Position numbers and translations under genes: made by a program
Assembly: GCA_036229005.1 (NCBI GenBank)
Contig: JAZAMN010000071.1
Span: 160,001-224,000 of the forward strand
Length of the DNA: 64,000 bases
Reading direction: 5' to 3'
Source: Myxococcota bacterium
GTDB taxonomy: Bacteria > Myxococcota_A > UBA796 > CAJQPC01
Part shown: positions 9,344 through 19,244 of the stretch, one piece after another
Layout: the number at the start of each line of letters is the position of its first letter
Numbering within the stretch: the stretch's first letter is position 1
Notes under the pieces: generated by a model
Database searches by the model: none
Told to the model about the DNA's origin: nothing
Seen by the model: the letters and a program-made list of their open reading frames with translations, nothing else

Positions 9344-10000
9344 TCAGAAGGGCCAGGCGATCGCAGGGAGCAGCGGCTCCGAGGCTCCGGGGGCCCACTG
9401 GGGGTGCTTGGCCATGATCCCCGTGAACAGCGGCCCCTCCAGGTGGGCGGCGAGCCAGCCTTGGAGCGCGGGGAGCGGCTGCGCGTCGAACCAGCGCCGG
9501 TCGGCGTTCGCGAACTGGCGGACGAAGGGAACAATCGCGAGATCCGCGAAGCCCGGGGTGGGGCCCAGGAGCTGGCCGTGTGCGGCGATGCGGGCGTCCA
9601 GATCTTGCAGGATGGCGAGCCCGATGGCGCGCTGGGCCTGCGGGTCGATGTCCTCGCCGGGGTAGCGATCGCTGTACTTGTAGCGGTCCAGAGCGGCCTT
9701 GAAGGTGTGGTCGTTTCGGTGGACCAGAGACTCCAACTCCTCCCCCTCCCAGGGACCAGCGGCTTGGGGGAAGCCCGGCTGCTGGAAGGCCCACCGCATC
9801 ACCTCCAGGCTCTCGTCAATCACGACCCCCTGGGCGCAGACGAGGACAGGGACGGTGCCCTTGGGGCTGGCCTGGAGCAGCGCGGCGGGCTTGTCGCGGA
9901 GGACGACCTCGCGGATCTGGACGGGGGCGCCGGACAGGGCCAGGGCCATGCGGGCGCGCATCGCGTAGGGGCAGCGGCGGAAGCTGTAGAGGGTGTTCAC
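9344..10000 (-). CDS. Glutathione S-transferase
   Basis: LYSFRRCPYAMRAR, SPKGTVPVL, IDESL, ADLAIVPFVRQFA. Confidence 0.92.
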   Translation of the reverse strand: MNTLYSFRRCPYAMRARMALALSGAPVQIREVVLRDKPAALLQASPKGTVPVLVCAQGVVIDESLEVMRWAFQQPGFPQAAGPWEGEELESLVHRNDHTFKAALDRYKYSDRYPGEDIDPQAQRAIGLAILQDLDARIAAHGQLLGPTPGFADLAIVPFVRQFANADRRWFDAQPLPALQGWLAAHLEGPLFTGIMAKHPQWAPGASEPLLPAIAWPF

Positions 10001-12567
10001 GCGGGCTCTGGGGAGGGGGCTTGCTTGCGGCGATCGCGCCAGAGCAGCAGGCCCACGCCCACCGCGAAGAGCAGGTAGACGCCGGCGCCGATGCGGGCGA
10101 CGCGGGTGCTCCCCTGGCGCAGAGGGGCGTCGATCGAGACCGGGAGCTGGGGCCGGGGCACGCCGCCGTCCAGGGTGAGGAGCTGCCCGTGACCAGCCAA
10201 CCCGAGCTCGCCGTCCCAGAGCACGCGGCCCTGGGCGTCCCAGGTGGTCAGGCGGCCGGCGTAGCTGTGGGGGACGGCCACGTGGGCCTCGTTCAGGCCG
10301 GCCATCGCGGGGTTGTTCTTGCCCATCTCGCGGAGCTGCACGGGGGGGTCAGGGGCGAGCTGGACCTTGGCCGTTGCGGGGCTGCCGATGGCCTGGATGT
10401 GGAGCTGGGTGGGCATGTGCTCGCCGCCGTCGCCCTGCTGGCCGTAGGCGCGGGGTGCCCGCTCAAAGAATCCGGAGAACGCCGCCTTTGGGTCGTGCGC
10501 GGCGCCGGGATCCAGAGTGAGCCAGGCGATCCACTCCCCGCCGTCGGTGCTCTGGACGACGGGCCCGATGCGCTCGAGCTGGCGCAGGATCTGCTGGCGG
10601 TCCCCCCGGCTGTAGAGCTCGGGGTGGAAGGCCACGTGGCGGAAGCCCAGGGCCCGCAGGGTCGCGCCCACCTGCTGGCCGTCGCCGCCCAGGAGCAGGC
10701 CCTCCAGCTCGCGCACGATGGTGGGACGGACGGCCCCGACCACGTCGGTGCTGGTGCAGTGCTCGGCGGTGGCGTGGTGGTGCCGGGCGACCGCCAGGCA
10801 GGCCGACGAGTTGAAGTACATGGACTGGTCCATGGCCTGCGCGCCGCCGATTGGGAGCAGGTCCAGGACGGGGCCCTCGGCCTGGGCGTAGACGGCGGGG
10901 ACCGCGGCGATCTGGGTGTGCTGCCGCAGGGGGAGGCGGTGGATCAGGAAGCCCTCCAGCAGGATCAGGGGGACCAGCCAGCGCATCCGGCCACCGCGCT
11001 CGGACTCCAGGTGGGTGCCGGCCCACGCGGCCAGGGCGGCCATGCAGAGCAGGCCCGACCAGAACAGGCGCACGGGGAAGCGCAGGAAGGCGTCGGCGCC
11101 CATCAGGATCAGGGGGGTGACCAGGCCCAGCGGCGGCAGGCCCTGGGAGGTCGCGGGGTTGCCGACGGCCAGGCCCAGGGTCAGGGCGAACACCAGCAGC
11201 AGGGCGCGCCCGGGGGCCTTGTGCTTCCACAGCGGGCGGCTGACCACCAGCAGCGCCAGGGCCAGCCCGGAGAGGTGCAGGCCGTAGCTGTGCATGCGCC
11301 GGTCCAGCTCCCAGTCCGGCCAGGACAGCGCAGAGAGGGCGACGACGACCACGCGGGCCTCGTCGGTGGCGGAGTCCCCGCCGGTGGCCATCAGCCAGAT
11401 CATGGGGGCGGTGCCCACGGCGACCACGGCGGCGGCGGCCAGAGAGACCTTCCAGATCTGCAGGCCCTGCCGCGCCAACCCCACCCCGAAGAAGGCGAGG
11501 GCCAGGATGGCCGCGGACACGCCCTGGTAGCCGGTGGTCGCCGCGCAGAGGACGAAGAAGGCGCCCGCGGCGGCCCCCTCCCAGGGCTTGCCTTCAGCGG
11601 AGAGCGCGCGCCACCAGAAGCCGGCGAAGAGCGCCAGCCAGGGGTTCAGCAGGTGGTAGACGTGCCCCTCCAGCGCGACGGTGGCGGCCAGCCCGGACAT
11701 GCCGTAGAGCGCGCCGGCCGCCAGGGGCCAGAGCCCGCGGGCACCGATCTGCCGGGAGAACCAGGCGGCGGCCGTGCCGGAGAGCGCCACGCCCAGGACC
11801 TGCATCCAGCCGTGCAGGCGCGCGGCGTCGATCCACTGCAGCAGCCAGGCCACCGGCAGCAGGGTGTAGCTGTCGAAGCGCCGGAAGTCCGCGCCCACGG
11901 GCCAGGCGGCCTGGGGGTCCATCAGGCCCTGGGAGAGCAGGCGGGGGGCCTCGGCCAGCGACCAGATGGTGCCCAGGGTGTCGAAGTTCCGGCCGACGGC
12001 CATCTCCGGGTTGGCGAGCACCGCTGGCCAGGTCCAGAGCACCGCGCAGCCCAGCAGCACGGCGAACACCACGGGCAGGCGCTCCAGGGCGGGCAGCGGG
12101 CGGCCCTTGGGACCGGGCTTTCGCCGCACCAGCGCGAGCACCCCCAGCAGGCTGAGCACCCACCACGCGAAGCCGGCGCCGATCAGGGTGGAGATGCGCT
12201 TCTCCAGGGCGCCGCTGCCCCCGGGGAGCGCCTTCGAGACCCGCTGGACCGCGCCGCCGTTGCCGCTGGCGTACTCCAGGGTGACCTCGCCGGCGTGCAG
12301 AGGCTCAACGGCTGAGTAGAGCTGGAATGCCTGGGGGTGAACCTTCCAGATCTCCATGTTCAGGTAGCGCAGCTCCTCCCCCTCCAGCTCCCCGACGGCG
12401 ATGGGGGCGCCCTCCATGGGGACACGCAGCTCCTGGCCCAGCCAGTCCGCGCGCAGCTCGTAGCGGGAGTCCGCGCCATCGTCCGGGACCGCCAGGCGCA
12501 CCGTGACGTGATCCGCGGCCTGGGCGGCGGTCAGAGAGGCCAGCAGCGCGATCCACAGGTGCATCAT
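9997..12567 (-). CDS. Large multipass membrane protein, GT-C glycosyltransferase-like
   Basis: Signal peptide, more than 10 TM segments, 'LWTWPAV', 'LRFPVRL' and 'VPAVY..GPVLDLLP' patterns seen in GT-C/YfhO-like proteins (inference). Confidence 0.55.
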   Translation of the reverse strand: MMHLWIALLASLTAAQAADHVTVRLAVPDDGADSRYELRADWLGQELRVPMEGAPIAVGELEGEELRYLNMEIWKVHPQAFQLYSAVEPLHAGEVTLEYASGNGGAVQRVSKALPGGSGALEKRISTLIGAGFAWWVLSLLGVLALVRRKPGPKGRPLPALERLPVVFAVLLGCAVLWTWPAVLANPEMAVGRNFDTLGTIWSLAEAPRLLSQGLMDPQAAWPVGADFRRFDSYTLLPVAWLLQWIDAARLHGWMQVLGVALSGTAAAWFSRQIGARGLWPLAAGALYGMSGLAATVALEGHVYHLLNPWLALFAGFWWRALSAEGKPWEGAAAGAFFVLCAATTGYQGVSAAILALAFFGVGLARQGLQIWKVSLAAAAVVAVGTAPMIWLMATGGDSATDEARVVVVALSALSWPDWELDRRMHSYGLHLSGLALALLVVSRPLWKHKAPGRALLLVFALTLGLAVGNPATSQGLPPLGLVTPLILMGADAFLRFPVRLFWSGLLCMAALAAWAGTHLESERGGRMRWLVPLILLEGFLIHRLPLRQHTQIAAVPAVYAQAEGPVLDLLPIGGAQAMDQSMYFNSSACLAVARHHHATAEHCTSTDVVGAVRPTIVRELEGLLLGGDGQQVGATLRALGFRHVAFHPELYSRGDRQQILRQLERIGPVVQSTDGGEWIAWLTLDPGAAHDPKAAFSGFFERAPRAYGQQGDGGEHMPTQLHIQAIGSPATAKVQLAPDPPVQLREMGKNNPAMAGLNEAHVAVPHSYAGRLTTWDAQGRVLWDGELGLAGHGQLLTLDGGVPRPQLPVSIDAPLRQGSTRVARIGAGVYLLFAVGVGLLLWRDRRKQAPSPEPA

Positions 12568-12668
12568 CGCCGCGAACAATAGCCCACCCCCAAATGCGGG
12601 GGCACAAGGGTTGGACCCCGCGCCCGCTCCGAACTACCTTTGCGCTACGTACTGCCCAGGAAGCTCTC

Positions 12669-13418
12669 ATGCTGCTCGCCCTCGCTCTCGCCTGCTCCGA
12701 TCCCCAGACCCTGAACGTCAACGCCGCCGACGCCTTCGGGAACCCGATCGAGTCCGCGCAGATCAAGCTCCCCACCGGTGAGCCCGTGACCACCGACAGC
12801 AAGGGCGCCGCCTCCTTCGAGGTGACCCCCGGCAACCTGGAGGTCATGGCCGGCAAGGAGGGCTTCATCCCCGAGTACGCCAACGTGGTCGTGCCGGCGG
12901 AGGGCGACCCTGACGCCCTGAACTTTGTGCTCTTCTTCCAGCCCGAGAAGGTGGGCTTCTACGGCGTCGGCGCCGGCGACTACCTGGCGCTGGGCCCCGA
13001 GAAGATCCGCACCGTGGCCTCCGACAAGAGCACCTGGCATGGCCTGGAGAACGTGCCCGACCAGGCGCTCCCCGGCGGCCAGCCCCAGCGCTTTGTGTTC
13101 CAGTCCGGCCTGCGCGCCTCCGAGCTCAAGCAGCAGAACCTGACCCTGTCCAAGCTCAAGTTCCTGGAGACCGCCGAGGTCGTGGGTGTGCTCGGCAAGA
13201 CCGACGTCGAGCTGGACCTGTGGGTGGCCGACACCGACCACGCCTTCGAGATCAAGGGCACCCAGGCCAAGGACAACTACCTGATCGTGACCTCCGAGCC
13301 CCTGGCCCCCGGCTTCTACGCCTTCCACGCCCAGGGCATCCTCAAGGCCACCGAGGCCGAGTCCCTGAGCAAGCTCCCCAAGGAGATGCAGGTCGCCTTC
13401 CCCTTCGAGGTCAAGTAG
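12669..13418 (+). CDS. Lipoprotein with carboxypeptidase-regulatory-like (transthyretin fold) N-domain
   Basis: MLLALALAC; GNPIESAQI..TTDSKG..AGKEGF. Confidence 0.75.
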   Translation: MLLALALACSDPQTLNVNAADAFGNPIESAQIKLPTGEPVTTDSKGAASFEVTPGNLEVMAGKEGFIPEYANVVVPAEGDPDALNFVLFFQPEKVGFYGVGAGDYLALGPEKIRTVASDKSTWHGLENVPDQALPGGQPQRFVFQSGLRASELKQQNLTLSKLKFLETAEVVGVLGKTDVELDLWVADTDHAFEIKGTQAKDNYLIVTSEPLAPGFYAFHAQGILKATEAESLSKLPKEMQVAFPFEVK

Positions 13419-13441
13419 CTCCGGGGGCCCCCGGGGGGGCG

Positions 13442-15097
13442 CTATCTCACCTTGCAGATGCGCATGCCTCGGTCGCAGACCACCCGCAGGGGCTGGTCCG
13501 GCTTGACGTCGATGCTCAGCACCCGCGTGGCCTTGGAGTCGTCAAAGAAGACGTACAGGTCGTAGCGCCCCGGCGCGACCTGCCCCGGCGTGTAGCGCGA
13601 CCCCGAGGCATCCAGCGCGTAGCCCCGATCCACCCCCGCCAGGGACCACTGGCTCCCGGTCACGGCGGCGGGCTGCGGGTCAGCGGGCTTGGCGACGGCC
13701 ACCACCTCGGGTTCGGCGGGGGGCTCAGCGGGGGGCTCAGCGGGGACCACCAGGACCTGGCGCGCGGTCGGCGACTCGGTGTCCTCGCCGGCGGGGGGAT
13801 CCGGCTGCGGCGTGGGGTCGGCCTTGGTCTTGGGAGGTGGGGATCGGGTGGGCTCCGGACCAGGGTCCACCTCCTCCCCTGCGGGCTGCTCGGGCTCCAC
13901 ATCGCTCCCTTCCGCCGCCGAGGTCACCGGGTCCGGCTCCACCACCGGCTCGGCCTGGACCGCGGGCTGGGGCTCAGGCGTCTGGAGCAGCTTCCAGGCC
14001 CCCACGCCCAAGAGCAGCAGGAGCGCCACACCCGCCCCGACCAGCAGCAACGGCTGACGCTTAGGCGCGGGCGGCTGGGGCTCCGGGGTGGGCAGCGCGG
14101 CGGGGGCGGAGCTGTCGGAGACCTGGGACACCGCCGGGACCTGGGTCATCGCCGGGATGGGGGTCTTGCGCGGCGGAGCGGTGGGCCGGCTGACGGGTAC
14201 GGCGTCGGGGACGCGGGGGCCCATGGCGAGCAGGGTGACGACCAGGTCCCGGGGCCAGACCTGACGCGGGAGCTCGCGCCCCTCGGTCCAGAGGGCCACC
14301 AGGGCGGCCACGCTGGCAGGGCGCTTGTCGCGGTCGAAGGCCAGGGCGGACGCGACGGCGTGGTCCATGCGCGGCGGCACGTCCTCCCGAAGCTTGGAGG
14401 GCAGGATCAGATCCCCGGCCTCGATGAGCGAGTAGATCTCGATCATGTCGGAGCCGGCGAAGGGCAGCATCCCGGTCAGCAGCTCGTAGAGGATGACGCC
14501 CAGCGCGTAGACATCGGCCCGCTCGTCGACATCCTTGGCGTCCCGGAACTGCTCGGGGGCCATGAAGGAGGGCGTGCCCATGACCATGCCGGTGCGGGAC
14601 AGGCTCATGTCGCCAGCGTCCTTGACCTTGGCCAGCCCAAAGTCCATGACGCGCGGGAGCACGCGGCCGTCCTCCACCGGGTCGAGCAGGATGTTGCCGG
14701 GCTTGAGGTCGCGGTGGATCAGCCCGGCCTCGTGCGCGGCCTGGACCCCGGCCATGATCCCGCGGCCCAGGGCATCCACCTGGAGCAGGCTGAACTCCAT
14801 GGCCTGCATGGCCTGCTCCAGGGCAGGCCCCCGGACCAGCTCCATGACCAGCGAAGGGGCACCGTCCACGCGGAGGATGTCCGTGACGCCGACCACGTTG
14901 GGGTGCCGCAGTCCGGCCTGGATGCGGCCCTCCTGCAGAGAGCGCATGCGCATGGCGTCGGAGCTGAGGGTGAGCACCTTGATCGCGTGCAGCGAGTCCA
15001 GCTCCAGGTGGCGCGCGAAGTACACCTCGGCCTGGCCGCCGCGGCCAAGCAAGCCCAGGATCTGGTAGCGATCGACGACTCGGCCGGGCTGGATCAA
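13442..15097 (-). CDS. Membrane-anchored Ser/Thr protein kinase
   Basis: GRGGQAEV, HAIK, HRDLKPGN, DFG, GTPSFMAPEQ, DVYALG; one TM, Pro-rich linker. TTG start at 15097 is tentative. Confidence 0.92.
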   Translation of the reverse strand: MIQPGRVVDRYQILGLLGRGGQAEVYFARHLELDSLHAIKVLTLSSDAMRMRSLQEGRIQAGLRHPNVVGVTDILRVDGAPSLVMELVRGPALEQAMQAMEFSLLQVDALGRGIMAGVQAAHEAGLIHRDLKPGNILLDPVEDGRVLPRVMDFGLAKVKDAGDMSLSRTGMVMGTPSFMAPEQFRDAKDVDERADVYALGVILYELLTGMLPFAGSDMIEIYSLIEAGDLILPSKLREDVPPRMDHAVASALAFDRDKRPASVAALVALWTEGRELPRQVWPRDLVVTLLAMGPRVPDAVPVSRPTAPPRKTPIPAMTQVPAVSQVSDSSAPAALPTPEPQPPAPKRQPLLLVGAGVALLLLLGVGAWKLLQTPEPQPAVQAEPVVEPDPVTSAAEGSDVEPEQPAGEEVDPGPEPTRSPPPKTKADPTPQPDPPAGEDTESPTARQVLVVPAEPPAEPPAEPEVVAVAKPADPQPAAVTGSQWSLAGVDRGYALDASGSRYTPGQVAPGRYDLYVFFDDSKATRVLSIDVKPDQPLRVVCDRGMRICKVR

Positions 15098-15246
15098 GTG
15101 AGGACTTCCGGGGAGCAGGAGGTGGCGGAACCTGAACTGTACCTGACACCCGCAGGCGCTTTCGGCGAGTTCACAACCCTTACGCGCACGGAAGGGTTCC
15201 CAGCGGTCTACCCTGCCTACACGCTGCCCGCCCAAGGATCCGCTGC

Positions 15247-16083
15247 ATGCTGCCTGAACTCGCTCTGCTCCTGATGGGGGCGACCCCTCCGGAGTGCTCC
15301 GGGGTCCACGTGGACAACGCCTCTTTCTCCACGCTCCTGGACGAGGCGGAGCGCGCGTACGCGGACTTCGACAACGAGCGATTCCAGACGCTGATGGATG
15401 ACGCGTCCTTTCAGGTGGTGTGCCTGGAGCAGGTCGCCTCCCCCGGGATGGCGGCCCAGTACCACCAGCTCCAGGGCCTGCGGCAGTACGGCACGGCCGA
15501 GGAGGAGCGCGCAGCACAGGCCTTCGCCGCGGCGCGCTCGGCGTCCCCCGGCCAGGAGCTCCCGGCGGACCTGGTCCCCGAAGGCCACGCGGTGCGGGAC
15601 CTCTACGGTCAGATCCCGCTGGATAGCGGCGCGCGCTCGCTGATGCCGGTGCCCGTCAGTGGGCAGGTGCTGCTGGACGGCACGCCGGCGACCGAGCGGC
15701 CGGAGGACTGGCCCACCCTCTTCCAGCTCCAGAGCGCAGAGGGCGCGATCACCCAGACCAGCTACCTGCTGCCCGGCGAGCTGCTCCCCAGCTACCCGGG
15801 CGTGATGCCCGAGGCCCCTCCCCTGGCCCGGGTGGGCTGGATCAAGACCCGGCGCCAGCTCTGGCTGCTCAGCGGCGCGGCGGCGACGGCCTCGCTGGCC
15901 GGGGTGAGCTACGGCATGGGGGCCTGGAACGCGGCGATCTACGAACAGCAGCACCCCGACTGGCAGGCGGCCGACTTCGAGCGCCAGGAGCGCAAGACCA
16001 ACGGCCTGGTGCTGGGCTCGGCGGGGCTGGGCCTGGCCTCGGCGGCCATGCTCGGCACCAGCTTTCTGGTCGTGGAGTGGTGA
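15247..16083 (+). CDS. Hypothetical exported protein, TPR-like helices plus C-terminal hydrophobic segments
   Basis: Short hydrophobic N-terminus, helical repeats, two C-terminal hydrophobic helices; TGATG-coupled to next gene. Confidence 0.65.
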   Translation: MLPELALLLMGATPPECSGVHVDNASFSTLLDEAERAYADFDNERFQTLMDDASFQVVCLEQVASPGMAAQYHQLQGLRQYGTAEEERAAQAFAAARSASPGQELPADLVPEGHAVRDLYGQIPLDSGARSLMPVPVSGQVLLDGTPATERPEDWPTLFQLQSAEGAITQTSYLLPGELLPSYPGVMPEAPPLARVGWIKTRRQLWLLSGAAATASLAGVSYGMGAWNAAIYEQQHPDWQAADFERQERKTNGLVLGSAGLGLASAAMLGTSFLVVEW

Positions 16084-18665
16084 TGACCCTGCTCCTGACC
16101 CTGCTGGCCTGCGCCTACATCACCGAAGACGAGAAGGCCGCCCGCCGCGACCAGGACGGCGACGGACACGCCTCCGTGCGCTTCGGCGGCGCCGACTGCG
16201 ATGACAGCGACCCCGACATCCACCCGGACGCGACCGAGCTCTGCGACGGCGTGGACAACGACTGCAGCGGCAGCGTGGACGACGTCGCCGCGCCCGAGGG
16301 CCTGGACGCCTGGGACGACCTGGACGGCGACGGCTACGGCGACCCGGAGAGCCTCGCGCGGGTGTGCACCCTGGGGGAGGCCCAGGTGGAGGACGCCTCC
16401 GACTGCGACGACAGCGACCCGGCGGTGAACCCGGCGGCCACGGAGCAGTGCAACGACATCGACGACGACTGCGACGGCCTGGTCGACGACGAGGACGACT
16501 CCTTCACCGAGGACACCTTCTACCTGGACAGCGACAGCGACGGCTACGGCGACGCCAGCCAGACGCTGGTGCAGGCGAGCTGCGAGACCCCGGAGGGCTA
16601 CACGACCCAGGACGGCGACTGCGACGACAGCGACCCCGCCGTGAACCCCGCGGGCGACGAGGTCTGCAACGGCCGCGACGACGACTGCGACGGACTGATC
16701 GACGCCGAGGACCCCGACACCCCCCTGAGTGACTGGTACGCCGACCTGGACCGGGACGGCTACGGCGACAGCGAGAGCGTGCTCCAGAGCTGCGCGGCGC
16801 CGGCGGGCTACATCGGGGACAGCAGCGACTGCGACGACAGCGACAGGACCATCTACCCCGGCGCCGCCGAGTACTGCGACGGCGTGGACAGCGACTGCGA
16901 CGACCGGGTGGACGAGAGCGCCCTGGACCAGAGCATCTGGTACCTGGATGGCGACACCGACGGCTACGGCACCGACGCCACGGTGACCACCGGCTGCGAG
17001 GCCCCCAGCGGCTACGTCGGCAACGACGACGACTGCGACGACAGCGAGGCCAGCACCTACCCCGGCGCGCCCGAGGAGTGCGGCGTGGGCGTGGACAGCA
17101 ACTGCGACGGCAGCGTGGACGCCGACGGGGACGGCGACGGCTACCTGGCCTGCGAGGACTGCGACGACAGCGACCCCAGCGTGAACCCCGGCGCGAGCGA
17201 GGTCTGCAACGGCCAGGACGACGACTGCGACGGCCTGGTGGACGACGACGACAGCAGCATCGACAGCAGCACCCAGACCACCTTCTACGCCGACAACGAC
17301 GGCGACAGCTACGGCGACAGCGGCAGCAGCCTCCAGCGCTGCGAGACCCCCTCGGGCTACGTCCAGGACAGCAGCGACTGCGACGACAGCAGCGACCACG
17401 TGCACCCCGACATGCTGGAGTCCTGCGCCACCAGCGCCGACGACGACTGCGACGGCAGCACCAGCGACTGCGCCCACGGCAAGGGCCTGGCCGACTGGTC
17501 CTGGAGCGGGGTGCGTGGCAGCGACGAGGCCGGCGCAGCGCTGCTCTCAGCCGACCTGGACAGCGACGGCTGGGACGACCTGGTCGTGGGCAGCCCGGGC
17601 GGGGACTCCGTGTTCCTGATCTACGGCCCCAACACCACCAGCCTGGGCAGCGCGGACGAATGGACCGCGGTCTCGAACGGGGACGGACCCGGGGTCAGCC
17701 TGGCATCGGGGGACACCAACGGAGACGGCAAGGTGGACCTGCTGATCGGCAGCGAGTCCGCCGGCGAGGTCTACGTGTTGCTGGGGCCCCCGGGCGCGGG
17801 CAGCCTGTCCTCGTCTGACGCCACGGTGTCGGGCAGTGGTGGCTTTGGCGCAGAGGTCGCGTGGGTGGACCTGCAAGCCGACGGCTACGACGATCTGCTC
17901 ACCTCCTCCCCCCATAGCGGCGAGGGGGTGGTGTCCCTGTTCGCGGGGCCGGTCACCAGCTCCACGAGCAGCCCGGACGCCAAGATCTCCGGCTACAACG
18001 CCACCCTGGCCGGCCAGACCCTGCGCGGCGCGGTCCTGGGCCTGGACAGCGACGGCGACGGACAGGACGAGGTCGTCGTTGCCTCCCTGGACTGGGGCAC
18101 CCTGACCAGCGAGGAGCAGGCCCTGCACTTCGACCCCTTCACGGGCAGCCTGAGCGCGGACGACGCAGACAACGTCCTGAGCAACGCCGACGACACGGTC
18201 GAGGCCCTGGCGAGCGGGGACCTGGACGGAGACGGCTACGCGGACCTGGTGCTGGGCATGCCCGACGCCAGCTCCGGGCGCGGCGAGGTGGCCGTGATCC
18301 TGGGCCCGATCTCCGACACGAACCTGGGCAGCGCGGACGCGAGCCTGACCGGACCCAGCGGAGACGGCGCGGGCGAGGCCCTGCTGGTGATCCCCGACCT
18401 GGACGGAGACGGCGCTGACGAGCTGCTGATCGGCGCGCCGGACGGCTCAGAGGCCTGGCTCTACTCCGGGGCGGGGCTCTCGGGCTCCTTCTCCCGCAGC
18501 GACTCGGACCTGCGCTTCTCCGCCAGCAGCGGGGAGGCCCTGGGCGCGGGGATGGCGGCAGGCGACTTTGACGGAGACGGTGCCTTTGACCTGTTCTTTG
18601 GGGCACCCGATGCCAGCAGCGCGGCCGGCCTGATCGTGGGCTATCAGGGTGCGCGCATTCCCTGA
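16083..18665 (+). CDS. Surface lipoprotein with 7 MopE-like (putative metal-binding) repeats and 7 FG-GAP repeats
   Basis: 7x DCDDSxxxx(H/N/Y)PxxxExC..DxxCxG; 7x DxxxDGxx(D/E) FG-GAP-like blades, most ending G(A/S)P; MTLLLTLLAC. Confidence 0.9.
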   Translation: MTLLLTLLACAYITEDEKAARRDQDGDGHASVRFGGADCDDSDPDIHPDATELCDGVDNDCSGSVDDVAAPEGLDAWDDLDGDGYGDPESLARVCTLGEAQVEDASDCDDSDPAVNPAATEQCNDIDDDCDGLVDDEDDSFTEDTFYLDSDSDGYGDASQTLVQASCETPEGYTTQDGDCDDSDPAVNPAGDEVCNGRDDDCDGLIDAEDPDTPLSDWYADLDRDGYGDSESVLQSCAAPAGYIGDSSDCDDSDRTIYPGAAEYCDGVDSDCDDRVDESALDQSIWYLDGDTDGYGTDATVTTGCEAPSGYVGNDDDCDDSEASTYPGAPEECGVGVDSNCDGSVDADGDGDGYLACEDCDDSDPSVNPGASEVCNGQDDDCDGLVDDDDSSIDSSTQTTFYADNDGDSYGDSGSSLQRCETPSGYVQDSSDCDDSSDHVHPDMLESCATSADDDCDGSTSDCAHGKGLADWSWSGVRGSDEAGAALLSADLDSDGWDDLVVGSPGGDSVFLIYGPNTTSLGSADEWTAVSNGDGPGVSLASGDTNGDGKVDLLIGSESAGEVYVLLGPPGAGSLSSSDATVSGSGGFGAEVAWVDLQADGYDDLLTSSPHSGEGVVSLFAGPVTSSTSSPDAKISGYNATLAGQTLRGAVLGLDSDGDGQDEVVVASLDWGTLTSEEQALHFDPFTGSLSADDADNVLSNADDTVEALASGDLDGDGYADLVLGMPDASSGRGEVAVILGPISDTNLGSADASLTGPSGDGAGEALLVIPDLDGDGADELLIGAPDGSEAWLYSGAGLSGSFSRSDSDLRFSASSGEALGAGMAAGDFDGDGAFDLFFGAPDASSAAGLIVGYQGARIP

Positions 18666-18711
18666 GCAATCCCTGGGGTTCAACCGGCTATGTTGAGTCT
18701 CCGGAGGACAC

Positions 18712-19227
18712 ATGTTCATCATGCTGGCGCTCGGCTGCGCCAAGATCAGCACCATCCAGGTCGAAGAGACCGCCCAGGTCACCATCGAGAAGGGCACCCT
18801 GCTGGAGGACTTCATCGGCGACATGGGCTTTGATGAATTCGTCACCATGGACCTCACCGAGTCCTCGGAGCTGGCCAACCAGGGCGTAGAGCCCGGCGAC
18901 GTGCAGGAGGTCACCCTGACCTCGTTCAGCCTGACCGCCCTGGAGCCTGAAGACGCCGACCTGTCCTTCATCGACTCCATGGATGTCACGGTCGAGGGCC
19001 CCGACCTGCCCCTGGAGATCATGGCCACCGCAGACGACTTCCCCGAAGGCCAGGCCAGCGTCGAGTTCGAGCTGACCCAGGTGGACATCACCGACTACGT
19101 CACCAGCGAGCGCATGAGCATCGGCACCGATGTCTCGGCCCACCGCCCCGAGCAGGACACCCTGGTCGAAGCGGCCTTCACGGTCTCCGTCCGGGTCACC
19201 GCCCAGGGCGTCCGCAACAACCTCTGA
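18712..19227 (+). CDS. Hypothetical acidic lipoprotein
   Basis: GGAGG RBS, TATGTT -10 upstream, MFIMLALGC. Confidence 0.75.
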   Translation: MFIMLALGCAKISTIQVEETAQVTIEKGTLLEDFIGDMGFDEFVTMDLTESSELANQGVEPGDVQEVTLTSFSLTALEPEDADLSFIDSMDVTVEGPDLPLEIMATADDFPEGQASVEFELTQVDITDYVTSERMSIGTDVSAHRPEQDTLVEAAFTVSVRVTAQGVRNNL

Positions 19228-19244
19228 TAGACCCCGGGGGAGCC

